From: a virus
Lineage: Duplodnaviria > Caudoviricetes
DNA length: 37,240 nt
IMG/VR virus record: IMGVR_UViG_3300028638_000027
Span: 1-37,240 of that record
Direction: 5' to 3' (one strand)
Positions within the stretch are counted from its first letter, which is position 1. Each line of letters begins with the position of its first letter. Shown here one piece after another: positions 32,979 to 37,240 of this stretch. The position numbers and the translations under genes are program-made. The notes beneath the pieces are model-generated. The model did no database searches. It saw nothing but the letters and a program-made list of their open reading frames with translations, and was not told the origin of the DNA.

Positions 32979-33848
32979 ATGCTATTCATTGAAGCACTGG
33001 ACCTGCTGGTCGATTATATGAACAGTATCGATAGAAGTCAAAGAACCATCATTCTTTATCGCCGGGATCTTCTACTCGTCAAAAAATTCTTAGAAGAAAA
33101 ATATAACGGACCGGTTTATATTGAGGATGTCACTCAAAACGATTTAGAGGCATTCATGCTCTATACTAAAGAAGTCAAAAATTATTCGCCAAATTCCAGA
33201 AGCAATTTGTTTTATGCACTAAGAACGTTTTATGCCTTTTGCTACAAAAAAGAGATAGTCACACTAGATATTGCGGTGACCATGGAATTCATGAAAATGC
33301 CAAAGACAGAACGATTCTACCTTACTGAAGAAGAAGCTGATATGGTCATTGCAGCTATTTCGAACAAACTCATCAATCTCGTCGCAACATTTTTATTTAA
33401 CACAGGACTTCGAATTTCTGAATGTCTTAATCTCAAAATGGATGATGTCGATTTCGAAAAACGAACCATCCACGTTAGAGAAGGCAAAGGGAGAAAGGAT
33501 CGGATCGTACCGATCAACAATAAACTGCATAGTTTACTACTAGATTATCGTGACAATTGGAGAGAAGGTCAAAATTCAGATTTCTTCTTTTCAACAAAGA
33601 AAACCGGTGCAGTATCTTACCCTCACGTTAATTCGACCATTGGAAAAGCTGCCAAATCAGTCGGCATAAAAAAACCTGTTTCTTGCCATATTTTAAGGCA
33701 TTCATTTGCATCTGCTTTAGTAAAGAAAAACGTCAACTTAGTGCACATCCAAAAACTTCTCGGTCACGAAAGCCTGGCGGTAACTTCAATTTATACGCAT
33801 ACGAATCTTGAAGCGCTTTCTGAAGCTGTGAATGTTTTAAATGACTAA
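32979..33848 (+). CDS. XerC/D-like tyrosine recombinase
   Basis: SAM-like N-domain; catalytic R (TGLRISE), K (GKGRKDR), HILRH, LGH, Y (IYTH) all present; ATG 32979 after AAAGGGG. Confidence 0.95.
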   Translation: MLFIEALDLLVDYMNSIDRSQRTIILYRRDLLLVKKFLEEKYNGPVYIEDVTQNDLEAFMLYTKEVKNYSPNSRSNLFYALRTFYAFCYKKEIVTLDIAVTMEFMKMPKTERFYLTEEEADMVIAAISNKLINLVATFLFNTGLRISECLNLKMDDVDFEKRTIHVREGKGRKDRIVPINNKLHSLLLDYRDNWREGQNSDFFFSTKKTGAVSYPHVNSTIGKAAKSVGIKKPVSCHILRHSFASALVKKNVNLVHIQKLLGHESLAVTSIYTHTNLEALSEAVNVLND

Positions 33849-33869
33849 CAGTGAAAGGAGTATGTATTT

Positions 33870-34634
33870 ATGGCATTACTTGATTGCAGGGAACCAGTAT
33901 TTGATAGACAGGTCAATCAAATACTACAACTACTTGAAGAAGGTATCGATCGCGCCGAGATTGCTGAAAAGTTAGGATACAGCAATCCAATGTCGCTCGA
34001 CAATTATATGAGAAGACGAAATTTCTCATGGGACTCAAGACAAAAGAACTTCGTCCCGGCTGCAGAGCGATATTCTGGAAAGGGTCAAGATAACTTGCTT
34101 CAGCTTCATGGCACATCAAAAGCGGCATTGATCATATCGCTTTTTGATCAGGGTGAATCTGATCCCAAGGACATCGCAAGACAAGCGGGCATTGATTCAT
34201 ATAAGGAAATGGCTAATTATATGAAGAAAAAAGGATATGAATGGGATGTAGCTAAAGGCAATTACGTCAAAATGAGTAAAGATAAACTTCAGGCCAATCA
34301 AACCGATGGCAACTTAGCTCAACTTTCATCCAACGCAGCAGTCGCTGAAGCACTTCAAAATATCATCCCATTTCTTAAGAACATTCAAAACATGGAAAGA
34401 CCGCAAGTACAATCACAGGTGAATATTGAAGAAGCGCAGAACATTCCAAGATATAAGGTAAAAGGGCAGTACACTACAAAGGGAATGCGCATGGCTATTG
34501 CAATTGATGAGTTAACACGTCGATATAGCCTTGAAAGAAACATCAGCCAACGCGAGATCCTTGAAGTAGCCTTGATTGAATTTTTCAAAAGGTATGGGTA
34601 TCGAGATGAAATTGAAAACTATTTGAACGATTAA
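33870..34634 (+). CDS. Recombinase-associated DNA-binding protein: two tandem HTH-like repeats plus C-terminal RHH-like domain
   Basis: EIAEKLGYSNPMSLDNYMRRRNFSWDSRQKNFV and DIARQAGIDSYKEMANYMKKKGYEWDVAKGNYV; TTKGMRM...NISQREILEVALIEFF. Confidence 0.7.
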   Translation: MALLDCREPVFDRQVNQILQLLEEGIDRAEIAEKLGYSNPMSLDNYMRRRNFSWDSRQKNFVPAAERYSGKGQDNLLQLHGTSKAALIISLFDQGESDPKDIARQAGIDSYKEMANYMKKKGYEWDVAKGNYVKMSKDKLQANQTDGNLAQLSSNAAVAEALQNIIPFLKNIQNMERPQVQSQVNIEEAQNIPRYKVKGQYTTKGMRMAIAIDELTRRYSLERNISQREILEVALIEFFKRYGYRDEIENYLND

Positions 34635-34666
34635 TGGACGCCATTCATTAAGGTGTCCAATTTTTT
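34635..34666 (+). terminator. Terminator after the recombinase operon
   Basis: TGGACGCC...GGTGTCCA then ATTTTTT. Confidence 0.6.
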
Positions 34667-34894
34667 GGACCCATCTCAAAAATATGTGATTTCACTTCAG
34701 TTGTCTGACTTATCGTTAGCTCAAATTTGACTATATAATAATGATGGAAAACCACAGACTATTTTATTTAGTGATATTTTTCTACGAAATTTGACTTTTG
34801 CAGTTTCATATGATTTTTCAAAATTTATTTAAAAATATTCTGAATATTATTCTCAAAAAGTGGTATCAATGAAAAAAGAATATTTTATTTGAGA

Positions 34895-34972
34895 GAAGAG
34901 GAAGTGATGAAGCACAGTCTGTATCTGGACACCTGGACTGTGTGGAGCTAATGGTGTAACCGGCCTCCTTTT
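34895..34972 (+). ncRNA. c-di-GMP-II riboswitch aptamer
   Basis: GAGG-AAGTGATGAAG-CACAGTC-TGTATCTGGACACCTG-GACTGTG-TGGAGCTAAT-GGTGT-AACCGG-CCTC: P1 GAGG/CCTC, stem CACAGTC/GACTGTG, pseudoknot ACACC/GGTGT (covarying with the usual GCACY/RGTGC), conserved AACCG. Confidence 0.88.
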
Positions 34973-35226
34973 ATTTGTTTGAATGGGGAGTAAATTAAGC
35001 ATATTTATCATCTTAAAATTGTGGTGTGATGATAAGTTGTATTGATGGAAATGATTTTAATTTACTTTTCTATTTTTGAACCAACAGTATATTTTGTAAA
35101 TTGAAATATTTTGATGAAAAATCATAATTAGAATTAGAAGTGAATTAGTGATCATTGTCATTTCGATTATCACATAATCATAACGTTGTGATAGATAGAA
35201 CAACCATAATACCCTCCTTGATTTGG

Positions 35227-35272
35227 AAACAAAAAACCCGCGTATCCTTTGGAAATGGCGGGTTTTTTGTTT
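35227..35272. terminator. Bidirectional intrinsic terminator
   Basis: Perfect 15-bp inverted repeat AAACAAAAAACCCGC / GCGGGTTTTTTGTTT. Confidence 0.85.
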
Positions 35273-35313
35273 ATCTAAATTTACTTATTATTACTTATTT
35301 TACAATAATTTAC

Positions 35314-35625
35314 GGCTTCACGTTGATTGAACTGATTGTGGTTATTGCGATTCTTGCGATTTTGGTGTTAATTGCTGTTCCTAGGTTAAGCGGCTTCTCT
35401 GCTGCAGCACGTGAGAAAGCAGATTATGCAACGGCTGCAACTATTGGTCATGCAGCACAAGCTTGGGTTGCAATGGATGAAGAAAACAATACTGCAACAA
35501 CAGTTGATGACCTTGAAACAGCTAAGTTGCTAAATGAAGGTACAAAACCTCCTCAGAGCACAGATGGAGCATGGGAAATTACAATTACTGATGGTGTCCC
35601 TCGCAATAAATCAATTTTTGAATAA
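35314..35625 (+). pseudogene. Type IV pilin gene lacking start codon and prepilin leader (5'-truncated at G|FTLIE)
   Basis: GFTLIELIVVIAILAILVLIAVPRL is a clean class III signal N-terminus, but upstream is AT-rich sequence with no RBS/ATG and no basic leader. Confidence 0.85.
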
Positions 35626-35782
35626 TTAACTGAAGATACAAATTCGAAATGTTATATAGTGCTATAGTATCTATTATATGGTAGATTATATCTAAAAAAA
35701 TATTCTCAATATGTTCTTATTTAAGCATTAAATGGGAATGGAAGAGGTCAATGAAGAAATAGCTTGATGTAATTATTTTACA

Positions 35783-36882
35783 TTAAGCTATTTTTCTATA
35801 GATATGATATAACCCACCAAGTATAGGCTCACTAATCAACACCGTATCTTTGAGTAAAGTCTTAGGATAATCCGGCGAAGGTATTGGAGTATTGCCGTTC
35901 AATCCCTGATGGGTTCTATGAGGATTGTAGTATTTTTGAATATATTCGGTTAGAAGTTTTTCAAGATGGTTTTCATTAATTGGTATAATGTGATCGAGCA
36001 GATCTCGACGAATTGTACCAATCACACGTTCTGCATAAGGATTTTGCCAAGGAGATTTAATCGAAGTTTTTACCGACTTTATTGACGAAACTTTTAAAAA
36101 TTCCTGAAATTCTTTTGAGGTGAAAGTAGAATCATTATCATGAAATAAATACTTTGGACAATCTCCATATGGTGTAGCATTTCTAAGTTGCTGAATGACC
36201 CAAGCTGAATTTGGATTTTTAGTAATAGCAGTATGCTTAATTTGACGTGAACCATGTTCTATCATTACGAACACGTACAATCGTTGAAAAGTCAGTGTTG
36301 TTACAACGAAAAAATCCATCCCACAGGAAACTGAGGCTGTGGCATAATTTCTTAGAAAAATTAAGAAGTTTATGCGTTGCTGTTCAGTTGGCGATTTTCT
36401 AATTATTGACATATATTTTCTAATGGTATTGGGCGAGGGTAGATCTGCAATTCCTAATATTCTTATCTTTTCATATATTTTTTCAGGAGATAACAAAGGA
36501 TTGTCTTCGTTAAACTGTTTTATTAATGCAATCATCTCAGCTGAAATTCTGGGTCTACCTCTTTTTCTTGATTTTTGTGCCCATAATTTTTTAGCTGCTG
36601 CTTCGTGCCATCTGATTACCGTCAAGCGTTTATAAACTTTCATATCAGATTCCCAATAATCATACTTTCTAAAAAGTCTCACCCATAATTGTTGAAATGC
36701 TATTGTTGATTTTGGTTTTTTTTTTTATGATTAAGAACTTGCTGATCATACAGTGCCAGTTGACTCATAAGTGCAAGATTTTGTTGTCTTAAATGTTTAC
36801 ACGTCTTAAAATACGATATGATATAAAAGTATATATAGCGTGACCATTCCCAACAATAATCAATTTTTTCTCTCAGTCTCAT
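35783..36882 (-). mobile_element. rve/integrase-core DDE transposase split by a frameshift in an A11 tract
   Basis: QNLALMSQL (ORF 36700-36882) joins TVIRWH, GRPRI, MDFFVV, LFHDNDSTF, SPWQNPYAERVIGTIRR, YYNPHRTHQGL, PILGGLYHIY (ORF 35783-36682); T11 at 36716-36726. Confidence 0.85.
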
Positions 36883-37240
36883 AAATATACCATCCTTTCT
36901 AGTTGTTTGACAGTTTTTATGTGTATCCAGTTAAACTCAAACAAATTGCATGGTGTAAGAATTATTATATCCCACACAGATGGATACTAAACAACAAAGG
37001 AAGTGCCATATCTTAAATGCTGTCAACTATTCCCTAAATCATCATTTATGGCACTGTTAGTCGTATTTTTTTTGCAGCATTAATTATACAAAAGAAGAAC
37101 TTACAAAAGAAGACGTTGATTGAAAAACTAAGTTCCGTTTCCTTAAAGCTATTGCCATTGCAAGGGTAAACACCGTTTTATTCATCAAATGCGGCTACTT
37201 TCCAAGGTTTAAAAGGCATCTAATTGATACAAATCAGCGA

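Larger units (their letters stand above)
1..35315. mobile_element. Prophage (temperate HK97-head siphovirus); left end outside window, right end probably at the pilin junction
   Basis: Complete canonical module order from repressor to holin; the right boundary is inferred and could lie as far left as ~32.7 kb. Confidence 0.85.

Noticed and set aside
32979-33848. Tyrosine recombinase as the prophage integrase or host XerC/XerD
   Set aside because: It lacks an arm-binding extension, lies away from cI and has its own partner gene in an accessory context; not excluded, but not supported enough to assign a gene symbol.
35155-35313. 156-aa ORF taken as a full-length pilin with a 53-aa leader
   Set aside because: No RBS, the extension runs through a strong terminator and lacks the basic residues of a prepilin leader; treated as chance open frame.
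36902-37055. Short inverted repeats upstream of the transposase (GTATCCA/TGGATAC, AGTGCCATA/TATGGCACT)
   Set aside because: Only 7-9 bp in AT-rich DNA, and they do not match the candidate element end at 35595; cannot support a call.

Overview
Nearly complete temperate siphovirus prophage of a Firmicute (Clostridia-like) host, running left to right. The order is: cI/cro switch (cI cut off by the window start, phage integrase presumably further left), recombination and replication genes (NUMOD4-HNH, YqaJ, RecT, initiator with iterons, G39P-like loader, RusA, SSB), a RinA/ArpU late activator, HNH plus a cos-like site, a ParB-methylase and small morons including an AbrB homologue, an HK97-type head, head-tail and tail genes with a -1 frameshifted chaperone, and lysis genes. 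Two regions stand out. (1) A ~5 kb block between the capsid and head-tail connector genes (15808-20722) looks like a head- or neck-fibre system. It has a small subunit gene, a 7-bladed propeller protein, and a long basic 18-20-aa repeat protein with an internal in-frame start. A fibronectin-III-like domain appears split between the last two proteins, each half carrying one Cys. (2) The AT-rich right end holds a GNAT/small-protein pair, a Xer-like tyrosine recombinase with a 2xHTH+RHH partner, an orphan c-di-GMP-II riboswitch, a type IV pilin gene cut exactly at its GFTLIE motif (likely attR) and a frameshifted rve-family transposase. All calls come from motif recognition by eye; no database searches were run.
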